Source of the DNA: Escherichia coli
GTDB taxonomy: Bacteria; Pseudomonadota; Gammaproteobacteria; Enterobacterales; Enterobacteriaceae
Strand: one strand, 5' to 3'
DNA length: 64,000 nt
Assembly (NCBI RefSeq): GCF_050320075.1
Contig: NZ_CP190018.1
A program made the translations under genes and the position numbers. Shown here piece after piece: positions 11,381 to 22,268 of the stretch. Below the pieces are notes generated by a model. It worked only from the letters and a program-made list of their open reading frames with translations, was not told the DNA's origin and did not search any database. The first letter of the stretch is position 1. Every line of letters starts with the position of its first letter.

Positions 11381-12548
11381 TCCACAACCGCTGGGCGGCA
11401 AAATCATCAGTAAACCGGTCATGATTTTTGGACCGTTAATCGTCATCTGTATGCTCCTGATTGTGAAGCGTCTGGTGTTCGGTCTGGGCTCTGTCTCTGA
11501 CCTGAACGGCGGTTTCCCGTGGGGCGTATGGATCGCGTTTGACCTGCTGATCGGCACCGGCTTCGCCTGTGGCGGCTGGGCGCTGGCGTGGGCGGTATAC
11601 GTCTTTAACCGTGGACAATACCATCCGCTAGTGCGTCCGGCGCTGTTGGCGAGTCTGTTCGGTTACTCACTGGGTGGCTTGTCGATCACTATCGACGTCG
11701 GTCGCTACTGGAACCTGCCGTACTTCTACATTCCGGGTCACTTCAACGTGAACTCGGTACTGTTCGAGACGGCGGTCTGTATGACCATCTACATCGGCGT
11801 GATGGCACTGGAGTTTGCTCCGGCACTGTTTGAACGTCTGGGCTGGAAAGTGTCGCTCAAACGGCTGAACAAGGTGATGTTCTTCATCATCGCGCTCGGT
11901 GCGCTGCTGCCAACTATGCACCAGTCTTCAATGGGGTCGCTGATGATCTCGGCGGGCTACAAAGTGCATCCGCTGTGGCAGAGCTATGAAATGTTGCCGC
12001 TGTTCTCACTGCTGACGGCGTTCATCATGGGCTTCTCGATTGTCATCTTTGAAGGTTCGCTGGTGCAGGCGGGTCTGCGTGGCAACGGTCCGGATGAAAA
12101 GAGTCTGTTCGTTAAGCTGACCAACACCATCAGTGTGTTGCTGGCGATTTTCATCGTGCTGCGCTTTGGCGAGCTTATCTATCGCGACAAGCTGTCGTTA
12201 GCGTTTGCCGGTGACTTCTACTCCGTGATGTTCTGGATTGAAGTCCTGCTGATGCTCTTCCCGCTGGTCGTTCTGCGTGTGGCGAAGCTGCGTAATGATT
12301 CCCGCATGCTGTTCCTGTCAGCACTGAGCGCACTGTTAGGTTGTGCAACCTGGCGTCTGACCTATTCGCTGGTGGCATTCAACCCGGGCGGCGGTTACGC
12401 CTACTTCCCGACCTGGGAAGAACTGTTGATTTCTATTGGTTTTGTGGCTATTGAGATTTGCGCTTACATCGTACTCATTCGTCTACTGCCGATACTTCCT
12501 CCTTTAAAACAAAACGATCATAATCGTCATGAGGCGAGCAAAGCATGA
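11370..12548 (+). CDS. hybB: Hydrogenase-2 integral membrane subunit HybB
   Basis: 392-aa polytopic membrane ORF that overlaps the hybA end by 11 nt. Confidence 0.92.
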
Positions 12549-14248
12549 GCCAGAGAATTACTATTGATCCGGTAACCCGTATTGAGGGGCATTTACGCAT
12601 CGATTGCGAAATCGAAAATGGTGTCGTTTCGAAAGCATGGGCTTCCGGTACCATGTGGCGCGGCATGGAAGAGATCGTGAAAAACCGCGATCCGCGCGAT
12701 GCATGGATGATTGTGCAACGTATCTGTGGCGTATGTACTACCACTCACGCGCTGTCTTCCGTTCGTGCGGCAGAGAGTGCGCTGAATATCGACGTTCCGG
12801 TTAACGCGCAATACATCCGTAACATCATTCTGGCTGCGCACACCACGCATGACCATATCGTTCATTTCTATCAACTTTCGGCGCTGGACTGGGTGGATAT
12901 CACTTCTGCACTGCAAGCTGACCCAACCAAAGCCTCCGAAATGCTGAAAGGCGTTTCGACCTGGCATCTGAACAGTCCGGAAGAGTTCACTAAAGTTCAG
13001 AACAAGATCAAAGATCTGGTTGCCAGCGGTCAGTTGGGTATTTTCGCCAATGGCTACTGGGGTCACCCGGCGATGAAACTGCCGCCGGAAGTGAACCTGA
13101 TTGCGGTAGCGCACTACCTGCAGGCGCTGGAGTGCCAGCGTGACGCTAACCGCGTCGTGGCGCTGCTGGGCGGTAAAACGCCGCACATTCAGAACCTGGC
13201 AGTAGGTGGGGTCGCTAACCCGATCAACCTCGACGGTCTGGGCGTGCTGAATCTTGAGCGTCTGATGTACATCAAGTCCTTCATCGACAAGCTGAGCGAC
13301 TTTGTTGAGCAGGTTTATAAGGTTGATACCGCGGTTATCGCCGCGTTCTATCCGGAATGGCTGACGCGCGGTAAAGGTGCGGTGAACTACCTGAGCGTGC
13401 CGGAATTCCCGACCGACAGTAAAAACGGCAGCTTCCTGTTCCAGGGCGGCTACATTGAGAATGCGGATCTGTCCTCGTATCGTCCGATCACTTCTCATTC
13501 CGATGAATACCTGATCAAAGGCATTCAGGAAAGCGCGAAGCACTCCTGGTATAAAGACGAAGCGCCGCAGGCACCGTGGGAAGGCACCACCATTCCGGCT
13601 TATGATGGTTGGTCTGACGACGGGAAATATTCCTGGGTGAAATCACCGACTTTCTACGGCAAAACGGTAGAAGTGGGTCCGCTGGCTAATATGCTGGTGA
13701 AACTGGCGGCAGGTCGCGAATCTACCCAGAATAAACTGAATGAAATCGTTGCGATTTATCAGAAACTGACTGGCAACACGCTGGAAGTGGCGCAGCTGCA
13801 CTCCACGCTGGGCCGTATTATTGGTCGTACCGTTCACTGCTGCGAATTGCAGGATATCCTGCAAAATCAATACAGTGCACTGATCACCAATATCGGCAAA
13901 GGCGATCACACCACCTTTGTGAAGCCGAACATTCCGGCAACGGGTGAGTTCAAAGGTGTTGGCTTCCTCGAAGCACCGCGCGGTATGCTCTCTCACTGGA
14001 TGGTTATTAAAGACGGTATCATCAGCAACTACCAGGCAGTTGTTCCATCAACCTGGAACTCTGGCCCACGTAACTTCAATGATGACGTCGGTCCTTACGA
14101 GCAGTCGCTGGTGGGTACACCGGTTGCCGATCCGAATAAACCGCTGGAAGTGGTGCGTACCATTCACTCCTTCGACCCGTGCATGGCCTGTGCGGTACAC
14201 GTAGTGGATGCCGACGGCAACGAAGTGGTTTCAGTGAAGGTTCTGTAA
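12545..14248 (+). CDS. hybC: Hydrogenase-2 large subunit HybC ([NiFe] centre)
   Basis: 567 aa with an N-terminal RICGVC motif and a C-terminal DPCMACAVH Ni-binding motif. Confidence 0.95.
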   Translation: MSQRITIDPVTRIEGHLRIDCEIENGVVSKAWASGTMWRGMEEIVKNRDPRDAWMIVQRICGVCTTTHALSSVRAAESALNIDVPVNAQYIRNIILAAHTTHDHIVHFYQLSALDWVDITSALQADPTKASEMLKGVSTWHLNSPEEFTKVQNKIKDLVASGQLGIFANGYWGHPAMKLPPEVNLIAVAHYLQALECQRDANRVVALLGGKTPHIQNLAVGGVANPINLDGLGVLNLERLMYIKSFIDKLSDFVEQVYKVDTAVIAAFYPEWLTRGKGAVNYLSVPEFPTDSKNGSFLFQGGYIENADLSSYRPITSHSDEYLIKGIQESAKHSWYKDEAPQAPWEGTTIPAYDGWSDDGKYSWVKSPTFYGKTVEVGPLANMLVKLAAGRESTQNKLNEIVAIYQKLTGNTLEVAQLHSTLGRIIGRTVHCCELQDILQNQYSALITNIGKGDHTTFVKPNIPATGEFKGVGFLEAPRGMLSHWMVIKDGIISNYQAVVPSTWNSGPRNFNDDVGPYEQSLVGTPVADPNKPLEVVRTIHSFDPCMACAVHVVDADGNEVVSVKVL

Positions 14249-14742
14249 TGCGTATTTTAGTCTTAGGGGTTGGCAATATTTTGCTGACCGATGAAGCCAT
14301 CGGTGTGCGGATTGTCGAAGCGTTAGAGCAACGATACATTCTGCCGGATTATGTTGAGATCCTCGATGGCGGCACGGCGGGAATGGAGCTGCTTGGCGAC
14401 ATGGCAAATCGCGATCATCTGATCATTGCGGATGCCATTGTGTCGAAGAAGAGCGCGCCGGGAACGATGATGATCCTGCGGGATGAAGAAGTTCCGGCGT
14501 TGTTTACCAACAAAATCTCTCCGCATCAGCTTGGCCTGGCCGACGTATTGTCGGCCCTGCGCTTCACCGGTGAGTTTCCGAAAAAGCTGACCCTGGTCGG
14601 CGTGATCCCGGAATCGCTGGAGCCACACATCGGCTTAACGCCGACGGTTGAAGCAATGATTGAACCTGCGCTTGAGCAGGTTCTGGCTGCGCTGCGCGAA
14701 TCAGGCGTGGAAGCCATCCCACGGGAGGCGACTCATGACTGA
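14248..14742 (+). CDS. hybD: Hydrogenase-2 maturation endopeptidase HybD
   Basis: Track ORF 14179..14742 trimmed to the ATG at 14248 (MRILVLGVGNILLTDEAIG...), which overlaps the hybC stop (TAATG). Confidence 0.9.
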   Translation: MRILVLGVGNILLTDEAIGVRIVEALEQRYILPDYVEILDGGTAGMELLGDMANRDHLIIADAIVSKKSAPGTMMILRDEEVPALFTNKISPHQLGLADVLSALRFTGEFPKKLTLVGVIPESLEPHIGLTPTVEAMIEPALEQVLAALRESGVEAIPREATHD

Positions 14743-15223
14743 AGAGATAGCAGGTTTCCAGACCTCCCCGAAGGCGCAAGTACAGGCAGCTTTTGAAGAA
14801 ATTGCCCGGCGTTCGATGCATGATCTCTCTTTTCTGCATCCTTCAATGCCGGTGTATGTTTCTGACTTTACGCTGTTCGAAGGTCAGTGGACGGGGTGTG
14901 TGATCACCCCGTGGATGCTGAGTGCAGTTATCTTCCCCGGCCCGGATCAACTCTGGCCGCTGCGCAAAGTGAGTGAAAAAATTGGTCTGCAACTGCCGTA
15001 TGGCACCATGACCTTTACCGTTGGCGAACTGGACGGTGTTTCGCAATACCTCTCCTGCTCGCTGATGTCGCCGCTTTCGCACAGCATGTCGATTGAAGAG
15101 GGCCAACGCCTGACGGATGACTGCGCACGAATGATCCTTTCGCTGCCAGTCACGAATCCGGATGTACCACACGCAGGGCGTCGCGCCCTGCTGTTTGGCC
15201 GCAGGAGTGGCGAAAATGCATGA
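14735..15223 (+). CDS. hybE: Hydrogenase-2 operon chaperone HybE
   Basis: Track ORF 14660..15223 trimmed to the ATG at 14735 (MTEEIAGFQTSPKAQ...). Confidence 0.88.
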   Translation: MTEEIAGFQTSPKAQVQAAFEEIARRSMHDLSFLHPSMPVYVSDFTLFEGQWTGCVITPWMLSAVIFPGPDQLWPLRKVSEKIGLQLPYGTMTFTVGELDGVSQYLSCSLMSPLSHSMSIEEGQRLTDDCARMILSLPVTNPDVPHAGRRALLFGRRSGENA

Positions 15224-15557
15224 GTTGTCGCTTTGCCAGAGCGCCGTTGAAATTATCCAACGGCAGGCGGAGCAGCACGATGTTAAGCGCGTCACCGCCG
15301 TGTGGCTGGAAATTGGCGCGCTCTCCTGCGTTGAGGAGAACGCCGTCCGTTTTAGTTTTGAAATTGTCTGCCACGGAACGGTGGCGCAAGGGTGCGATTT
15401 ACATATCGTCTATAAACCCGCCCAGGCCTGGTGCTGGGATTGCAGCCAGGTGGTGGAGATTCATCAGCACGATGCGCAGTGTCCGCTCTGTCATGGCGAG
15501 CGGTTGCGTGTCGATACCGGCGATTCGCTGATCGTCAAAAGTATTGAAGTTGAATAA
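15216..15557 (+). CDS. hybF: Hydrogenase nickel-incorporation protein HybF (HypA paralog)
   Basis: Track ORF 15162..15557 trimmed to the ATG at 15216 (MHELSLCQSAVEII...); C-terminal CxxC...CxxC zinc motif. Confidence 0.9.
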   Translation: MHELSLCQSAVEIIQRQAEQHDVKRVTAVWLEIGALSCVEENAVRFSFEIVCHGTVAQGCDLHIVYKPAQAWCWDCSQVVEIHQHDAQCPLCHGERLRVDTGDSLIVKSIEVE

Positions 15558-15569
15558 CCGGAGTTAACA

Positions 15570-15818
15570 ATGTGTATTGGCGTTCCAGGCCAGGTGCTGG
15601 CTGTCGGTGAGGATATTCACCAGCTTGCGCAGGTTGAAGTATGTGGTATCAAGCGCGACGTGAATATCGCCCTGATTTGTGAAGGTAACCCTGCCGATCT
15701 GCTGGGCCAGTGGGTGCTGGTACACGTCGGATTTGCCATGAGCATCATCGACGAAGATGAAGCCAAAGCCACATTAGACGCGCTGCGCCAAATGGATTAC
15801 GACATTACCAGCGCGTGA
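15570..15818 (+). CDS. hybG: Hydrogenase maturation factor HybG (HypC paralog)
   Basis: 82-aa ORF starting MCIGVPGQV (the HypC-family N-terminal Cys). Confidence 0.9.
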
Positions 15819-15826
15819 TGATTAAA

Positions 15827-15856
15827 GCCGGATGCGGCGTAAATGCTTTATCCGGC
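15827..15856. repeat. REP (repetitive extragenic palindrome) element
   Basis: gccggatgcggcgtaaatgctttatccggc matches the canonical E. coli REP pattern. It sits between convergent hybG and yghU. Confidence 0.7.
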
Positions 15857-15887
15857 TACATAGCGATAAGCCTGCCAATGTTGCGAC

Positions 15888-16754
15888 TTACCCCTGACGC
15901 TTATCTTCCGTATTCGTCTCGAAATCACTGGCGTCATGGCGTTCATGCAACTGCTCGTTCAGCGGTCCGTTGGTGCGGTTAACAATACGCCCACGCTTCA
16001 CCGCCGGACGTTCGCCCACTTCTTTCGCCCAGCGTTGTACGTGTTTATAACTACCTGCATCAAGAAACTCTGCGGCATCATACACGCCGCCTAACACCAC
16101 GTTGCCAAACCACGGCCAAATCGCCATATCCGCAATGGTGTACTCATCGCCCGCAACAAACTTATGCTGCGCCAGTTGCTTATCCAGCACGTCGAGCAGG
16201 CGCTTGGCTTCCATGGTAAAGCGATTGATGGCGTACTCAATTTTCACCGGCGCGTAATGGTAAAAGTGACCAAAACCACCGCCGAGAAACGGCGCAGCAC
16301 CCTGTAACCAGAACAACCAGTTCATTGCTTCAGTACGCTTTGCCAGATCCTGCGGCAGGAAGTAGCCAAATTTCTCCGCCAGATAAAGCAGAATCGATCC
16401 AGACTCAAACACGCGGATCGGCGGATTATGCGTATGATCGCGCAGCGCCGGGATCTTCGAGTTTGGGTTTACTTCGACAAAACCGCTGGAGAATTGATCG
16501 CCATCGCCTATGCGTATCAGCCAGGCGTCGTACTCTGCACCCGTAACGCCCAGCGCCAGCAGCTCCTCAAGCATAATCGTTACTTTCTGACCGTTCGGCG
16601 TTCCCAGTGAATAAAGTTGCAATGGATGTTTGCCAACGGGCAGCGTTTTTTCATGCGTCGGACCAGAAACCGGGCGATTGATATTGGCGAACGCGCCGCC
16701 AGCGGATTTATCCCACGTCCAGACTTTCGCGGGCTGATAAGTATTGTCTGTCAT
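15888..16754 (-). CDS. yghU: Glutathione S-transferase-like protein YghU
   Basis: Track ORF 15888..16802 trimmed to the ATG at the complement of 16752-16754 (MTDNTYQPAKVWTWDKSAGG...). Confidence 0.88.
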   Translation of the reverse strand: MTDNTYQPAKVWTWDKSAGGAFANINRPVSGPTHEKTLPVGKHPLQLYSLGTPNGQKVTIMLEELLALGVTGAEYDAWLIRIGDGDQFSSGFVEVNPNSKIPALRDHTHNPPIRVFESGSILLYLAEKFGYFLPQDLAKRTEAMNWLFWLQGAAPFLGGGFGHFYHYAPVKIEYAINRFTMEAKRLLDVLDKQLAQHKFVAGDEYTIADMAIWPWFGNVVLGGVYDAAEFLDAGSYKHVQRWAKEVGERPAVKRGRIVNRTNGPLNEQLHERHDASDFETNTEDKRQG

Positions 16755-16958
16755 AGTGAGTTGCCTTCTGAGTGGTAGTGTTGAAGCAGTGTAGCAGGTC
16801 ACTTGCTGTACAGAATGTGAATTTTTTAACCCTTTGCGCCAGCCGCTGCGATGAGGTGTATGATTAGTCTGACCTCTGTCCGGTTAATGTCGCTGAGCAG
16901 GTAATCAGAGCACAACAATTACGCCAACTGCTTAGGTTGTATTGTTAAAGGTAAAGTG

Positions 16959-18818
16959 ATGAGCAAAGGAACGACCAGCCAGGATGCCCCGTTCGGGACA
17001 TTATTGGGCTACGCCCCAGGTGGTGTAGCAATCTACTCTTCAGATTACAGTTCTCTCGATCCGCAGGAATACGAAGATGACGCCGTATTCCGTAGCTATA
17101 TCGACGACGAATATATGGGCCACAAATGGCAATGCGTTGAATTTGCTCGCCGTTTTCTCTTTCTGAATTACGGTGTGGTCTTTACTGACGTGGGTATGGC
17201 GTGGGAGATTTTCTCGCTGCGCTTCCTGCGTGAAGTGGTTAATGACAACATCCTGCCATTGCAGGCATTTCCTAATGGCTCGCCGCGTGCACCGGTCGCG
17301 GGCGCGCTTCTTATCTGGGATAAAGGCGGTGAATTTAAAGACACTGGCCATGTCGCCATCATTACCCAATTGCATGGCAACAAAGTCCGTATTGCGGAAC
17401 AGAACGTGATTCATTCCCCGTTACCGCAAGGGCAACAGTGGACGCGCGAGCTGGAGATGGTGGTCGAAAACGGCTGCTATACCCTTAAAGACACGTTTGA
17501 TGACACCACCATTCTCGGCTGGATGATCCAGACGGAAGATACTGAATACAGCTTACCGCAGCCGGAAATTGCAGGCGAGTTGCTGAAAATCAGCGGAGCG
17601 CGCCTGGAAAACAAAGGCCAGTTTGACGGTAAATGGCTGGATGAAAAAGATCCGCTACAAAACGCCTATGTGCAGGCCAACGGTCAGGTGATCAATCAGG
17701 ATCCGTATCATTACTACACCATTACCGAGAGTGCCGAGCAGGAGCTGATTAAAGCCACCAACGAGCTGCACCTGATGTATCTTCACGCCACCGACAAGGT
17801 GCTGAAAGATGACAACCTGCTGGCGCTGTTCGACATCCCAAAAATCCTCTGGCCACGTTTGCGTCTCTCCTGGCAGCGTCGCCGTCACCATATGATCACC
17901 GGTCGTATGGATTTCTGTATGGACGAACGTGGCCTGAAGGTCTACGAATACAACGCCGATTCCGCCTCCTGTCATACCGAAGCGGGCTTGATCCTCGAAC
18001 GTTGGGCGGAGCAGGGCTATAAAGGCAACGGCTTCAATCCGGCGGAAGGGCTGATTAACGAACTGGCCGGTGCCTGGAAACACAGTCGTGCACGTCCGTT
18101 TGTCCATATCATGCAAGACAAAGATATCGAGGAAAACTATCACGCGCAGTTTATGGAGCAGGCGCTGCACCAGGCGGGCTTTGAAACGCGTATCTTGCGC
18201 GGGCTGGATGAACTGGGCTGGGATGCTGCCGGGCAACTGATTGATGGGGAAGGGCGACTGGTTAACTGCGTGTGGAAAACCTGGGCGTGGGAAACCGCGT
18301 TTGATCAGATTCGTGAAGTTAGCGACCGTGAGTTTGCTGCGGTGCCGATCCGTACCGGTCATCCGCAAAATGAAGTGCGTCTTATCGACGTATTGCTGCG
18401 CCCGGAAGTGCTGGTCTTTGAACCTCTGTGGACAGTGATCCCCGGCAACAAAGCGATTCTGCCGATCCTCTGGTCGCTGTTCCCGCACCATCGTTACCTA
18501 CTGGATACCGATTTCACTGTTAATGATGAACTGGTAAAAACAGGTTACGCAGTGAAACCGATCGCCGGTCGCTGTGGCAGTAACATCGACCTCGTCAGCC
18601 ATCATGAAGAGGTGCTGGACAAAACCAGCGGTAAATTTGCCGAGCAGAAAAACATCTATCAGCAACTGTGGTGTTTGCCGAAAGTGGACGGTAAATACAT
18701 TCAGGTATGTACCTTCACCGTTGGCGGCAACTACGGTGGGACGTGTTTGCGCGGTGATGAATCACTGGTCATCAAAAAAGAGAGTGATATTGAACCGCTA
18801 ATTGTGGTGAAAGAGTAA
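16959..18818 (+). CDS. gss: Bifunctional glutathionylspermidine synthetase/amidase
   Basis: ATG at 16959 (MSKGTTSQDAPFGTLLGYAPGG...), 619 aa, matching recalled Gss/Gsp. Confidence 0.92.
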   Translation: MSKGTTSQDAPFGTLLGYAPGGVAIYSSDYSSLDPQEYEDDAVFRSYIDDEYMGHKWQCVEFARRFLFLNYGVVFTDVGMAWEIFSLRFLREVVNDNILPLQAFPNGSPRAPVAGALLIWDKGGEFKDTGHVAIITQLHGNKVRIAEQNVIHSPLPQGQQWTRELEMVVENGCYTLKDTFDDTTILGWMIQTEDTEYSLPQPEIAGELLKISGARLENKGQFDGKWLDEKDPLQNAYVQANGQVINQDPYHYYTITESAEQELIKATNELHLMYLHATDKVLKDDNLLALFDIPKILWPRLRLSWQRRRHHMITGRMDFCMDERGLKVYEYNADSASCHTEAGLILERWAEQGYKGNGFNPAEGLINELAGAWKHSRARPFVHIMQDKDIEENYHAQFMEQALHQAGFETRILRGLDELGWDAAGQLIDGEGRLVNCVWKTWAWETAFDQIREVSDREFAAVPIRTGHPQNEVRLIDVLLRPEVLVFEPLWTVIPGNKAILPILWSLFPHHRYLLDTDFTVNDELVKTGYAVKPIAGRCGSNIDLVSHHEEVLDKTSGKFAEQKNIYQQLWCLPKVDGKYIQVCTFTVGGNYGGTCLRGDESLVIKKESDIEPLIVVKE

Positions 18819-18833
18819 TACATGTTGTAGCAA

Positions 18834-18868
18834 CCCCGTACTGATTATGAAGAATAATCAGTACGGGG
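18834..18868. terminator. Perfect 15-bp stem-loop downstream of gss
   Basis: ccccgtactgattat-gaaga-ataatcagtacgggg, 16 nt after the gss stop. No U-tract, so it may be a structural or processing element rather than a classic terminator. Confidence 0.45.
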
Positions 18869-19109
18869 ATTAATCAAAACATTCAACATTTATATATTCC
18901 AATATTTATTTATTTAATATATGAATATATTAACCAGTGGAATACCTGTGTTTTGATTATTTCTAAAGGTTTTGAATGAATGCTTATTATCTGATACACA
19001 AGAAATAACACTCTTTTTATCGTTAAAAAATGATATTTCACTTTGCCCACGCCGTTAAAGTCACTGATAATGCGTCCGTTCGTAAATTCAAAATGGCGTA
19101 ATCTAATAT

Positions 19110-20609
19110 ATGCTAAATTTATTTGTTGGCCTTGATATATACACGGGGCTTTTGTTATTACTTGCTCTGGCATTTGTGTTGTTCTACGAAGCAATCAATG
19201 GTTTTCATGATACGGCGAATGCGGTGGCAACCGTTATTTATACTCGTGCCATGCAACCACAACTTGCTGTGGTGATGGCGGCATTTTTTAACTTTTTTGG
19301 CGTATTGCTAGGCGGACTTAGCGTTGCCTATGCCATTGTCCATATGTTGCCAACCGATTTGTTGCTGAATATGGGGTCAACTCACGGCCTGGCGATGGTC
19401 TTTTCCATGCTGCTGGCGGCGATTATCTGGAACCTGGGAACGTGGTTCTTTGGTTTACCGGCCTCCAGTTCGCATACCTTGATTGGTGCGATTATCGGCA
19501 TCGGTTTAACCAACGCGCTGTTAACCGGCTCATCGGTGATGGATGCGTTAAACCTGCGTGAAGTGACCAAAATTTTCTCCTCGCTGATTGTTTCCCCTAT
19601 CGTCGGCCTGGTCATTGCGGGAGGCCTGATATTCCTGCTGCGCCGCTACTGGAGCGGGACGAAAAAGCGTGACCGTATTCACCGCATTCCGGAAGATCGC
19701 AAAAAGAAAAAAGGCAAACGTAAGCCACCATTCTGGACGCGTATTGCGCTGATTGTTTCCGCTGCGGGCGTGGCGTTTTCGCACGGTGCTAACGACGGGC
19801 AGAAAGGGATCGGCCTGGTGATGCTGGTACTGGTGGGGATTGCCCCTGCTGGCTTCGTCGTCAATATGAACGCGTCCGGCTATGAAATTACCCGTACCCG
19901 CGATGCCGTCACCAACTTCGAACACTACCTGCAACAGCATCCTGAACTGCCGCAGAAGTTGATTACGATGGAACCTCCATTGCCTGCGACATCGACTGAT
20001 GGCACGCAAGTAACAGAGTTTCACTGTCATCCGGCAAATACCTTTGATGCGATTGCGCGCGTTAAAACGATGCTGCCAGGCAATATGGAAAGCTACGAGC
20101 CGTTAAGCGTGAGTCAGCGCAGCCAGCTGCGCCGCATTATGCTGTGCATCTCTGATACCTCTGCGAAGCTGGCGAAACTGCCAGGTGTCAGTAAAGAAGA
20201 TCAGAACCTGCTGAAAAAATTGCGCAGCGATATGTTAAGCACCATTGAGTACGCTCCGGTGTGGATCATCATGGCGGTAGCACTGGCGCTCGGCATTGGT
20301 ACCATGATTGGCTGGCGTCGTGTAGCGATGACCATCGGTGAGAAGATTGGTAAGCGCGGCATGACGTATGCGCAAGGGATGGCGGCGCAGATGACGGCGG
20401 CGGTATCTATCGGCCTTGCCAGTTATATTGGGATGCCCGTCTCCACAACACACGTCCTCTCGTCTGCGGTAGCAGGGACGATGGTGGTGGACGGCGGTGG
20501 GTTACAGCGTAAAACGGTAACCAGCATCCTGATGGCGTGGGTGTTTACTTTACCGGCGGCGATTTTTCTTTCTGGTGGGTTGTACTGGATAGCATTGCAG
20601 TTGATTTAA
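19110..20609 (+). CDS. pitB: Low-affinity inorganic phosphate transporter PitB
   Basis: 499-aa polytopic ORF matching recalled PitB; preceded by an AT-rich leader. Confidence 0.9.
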   Translation: MLNLFVGLDIYTGLLLLLALAFVLFYEAINGFHDTANAVATVIYTRAMQPQLAVVMAAFFNFFGVLLGGLSVAYAIVHMLPTDLLLNMGSTHGLAMVFSMLLAAIIWNLGTWFFGLPASSSHTLIGAIIGIGLTNALLTGSSVMDALNLREVTKIFSSLIVSPIVGLVIAGGLIFLLRRYWSGTKKRDRIHRIPEDRKKKKGKRKPPFWTRIALIVSAAGVAFSHGANDGQKGIGLVMLVLVGIAPAGFVVNMNASGYEITRTRDAVTNFEHYLQQHPELPQKLITMEPPLPATSTDGTQVTEFHCHPANTFDAIARVKTMLPGNMESYEPLSVSQRSQLRRIMLCISDTSAKLAKLPGVSKEDQNLLKKLRSDMLSTIEYAPVWIIMAVALALGIGTMIGWRRVAMTIGEKIGKRGMTYAQGMAAQMTAAVSIGLASYIGMPVSTTHVLSSAVAGTMVVDGGGLQRKTVTSILMAWVFTLPAAIFLSGGLYWIALQLI

Positions 20610-20618
20610 TCTTCCTGA

Positions 20619-20656
20619 AAATGCCCGGTCCTGGCGATCGGGCATTTCCATTTTTG
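20619..20656. terminator. Bidirectional terminator shared by pitB (+) and yghT (-)
   Basis: 9-bp stem (aaatgcccg / cgggcattt) with an 11-nt loop, followed by a cca-TTTTT run. Confidence 0.6.
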
Positions 20657-20657
20657 A

Positions 20658-21350
20658 CTAGTGATAACCACGCGCGGTCATAAAATCCGTAATCGCTTTT
20701 TCTGCATCAACCAGTACCTTTTCCAGTGGCTGATTGGCGTCGATATCAACCAGTTGTGCACCACCAAAGGTTAACTGTGGCGTTATGGCTATCTTTCTTG
20801 CCAGCGATTCCCTTTTGTGGTCAGGCTTACGCGCGCAGGCCACATCTAGATCGACATTGAGTTTGATGACCAGATCAGGTTTATGGCTCGCCATCCAGTG
20901 AAACGCTTTACGTTCCTGGCTTGCCAGCCATGAGACAAAACGACCGCCTTCAACGTTAGGTGGGAACACTGTACCATCGTAAGCGCCAGGAATTTGGTCC
21001 TGAGGATAACGGTCGGTTAGAACAATTAACCCGCGACGACGACAGGCAAGCATATGACGAAAGCGCAGTAAGCGACGGGCGACAAACGCTGTAATTACCA
21101 GCGCCGGAACAGGGCCAGGCAATTTTTTTGCTGTTTTCACCTGATTTCGTTCAATTGTTTTATGTAAGGATTTTCCCATCAACGGTAATTTTGTCACTGC
21201 ACGACCGACATTTCCGGCCTGTTTTCCTAAATGAACTCTTTCGGCTGCACCATATTTTTCGACAACGGTAATGAGATGTTCACACACCGTTGACTTGCCT
21301 GAACCATCGCTACCAATAACGGCAATTAATGGAGGTGTTATTGACTGCAT
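20658..21350 (-). CDS. yghT: P-loop NTPase (putative kinase) YghT
   Basis: 230 aa with Walker [10 protein letters not shown] near the N-terminus; paralogous to the next two genes. Confidence 0.85.
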   Translation of the reverse strand: MQSITPPLIAVIGSDGSGKSTVCEHLITVVEKYGAAERVHLGKQAGNVGRAVTKLPLMGKSLHKTIERNQVKTAKKLPGPVPALVITAFVARRLLRFRHMLACRRRGLIVLTDRYPQDQIPGAYDGTVFPPNVEGGRFVSWLASQERKAFHWMASHKPDLVIKLNVDLDVACARKPDHKRESLARKIAITPQLTFGGAQLVDIDANQPLEKVLVDAEKAITDFMTARGYH

Positions 21351-21523
21351 GAATATATCCTTTAATTTAAATATCCATTAAAAATATTTATTTGGTTAAT
21401 ATGTTTTTATGAAAGCGTAATTCAGGTCAATGTCACAATTAACCATTGTCACAATAAGGTTGAACGGATATTCTGAGCACGGACCACGTAATATTCAATA
21501 CATTATTTGCTGCCGGGTTTTTC

Positions 21524-22237
21524 GTGAATCAACGTAATATGTCAATAATTAATTCCACGCCAGTGCGTGTTATTGCCATTGTAGGATGTGATGGTTCAGG
21601 TAAATCGACCCTCACGGCAAGCCTGGTAAATGAACTGGCAGCAAGAATGCCAACAGAACACATTTATCTCGGGCAATCGTCCGGGCGAATTGGCGAATGG
21701 ATTTCACAGCTCCCTGTTATTGGCGCACCTTTTGGGCGTTATTTGCGAAGTAAAGCGGCACATGTGCACGAAAAGCCCTTAACACCGCCTGGCAATATTA
21801 CTGCGCTGGTTATCTATCTGCTTTCCTGCTGGCGGGCGTACAAGTTTCGCAAAATGTTGTGTAAAAGCCAGCAAGGCTATCTGCTCATCACCGACCGCTA
21901 CCCGCAGGTTGAAGTGCCGGGTTTTCGCTTTGATGGCCCGCAATTGGCAAAAACCACGGGCGGTAACGGCTGGATAAAAATGTTAAGGCAGCGCGAGCTG
22001 AAGCTGTACCAATGGATGGCGTCTTATTTGCCCGTATTGTTGATTCGTCTTGGCATTGATGAACAAACCGCGTTTTCGCGTAAACCTGACCATCAACTGG
22101 CGGCGTTACAGGAAAAAATCGCCGTTACGCCGCAACTGACATTCAATGGCGCAAAGATCCTTGAACTGGATGGTCGGCAACCAGCCGATGAAATTATGCA
22201 AGCGTCACTACGCGCAATTCACGCCGCGCTTTCCTGA
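21524..22237 (+). CDS. yghS: P-loop NTPase (putative kinase) YghS
   Basis: 237 aa with Walker A GCDGSGKST; paralog of YghT and YghR (shared DRYPQ and ISRKPDH/FSRKPDH motifs). Confidence 0.85.
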   Translation: MNQRNMSIINSTPVRVIAIVGCDGSGKSTLTASLVNELAARMPTEHIYLGQSSGRIGEWISQLPVIGAPFGRYLRSKAAHVHEKPLTPPGNITALVIYLLSCWRAYKFRKMLCKSQQGYLLITDRYPQVEVPGFRFDGPQLAKTTGGNGWIKMLRQRELKLYQWMASYLPVLLIRLGIDEQTAFSRKPDHQLAALQEKIAVTPQLTFNGAKILELDGRQPADEIMQASLRAIHAALS

Positions 22238-22268
22238 TCACCAAAATGGATAGGGGATGATTTAACGA

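Noticed and set aside
12593-13543. Minus-strand ORF of 316 aa
   Set aside because: Antisense to hybC; Arg/Val-rich composition typical of shadow frames in GC-rich coding DNA.
17655-18491. Minus-strand ORF of 278 aa
   Set aside because: Antisense to gss.
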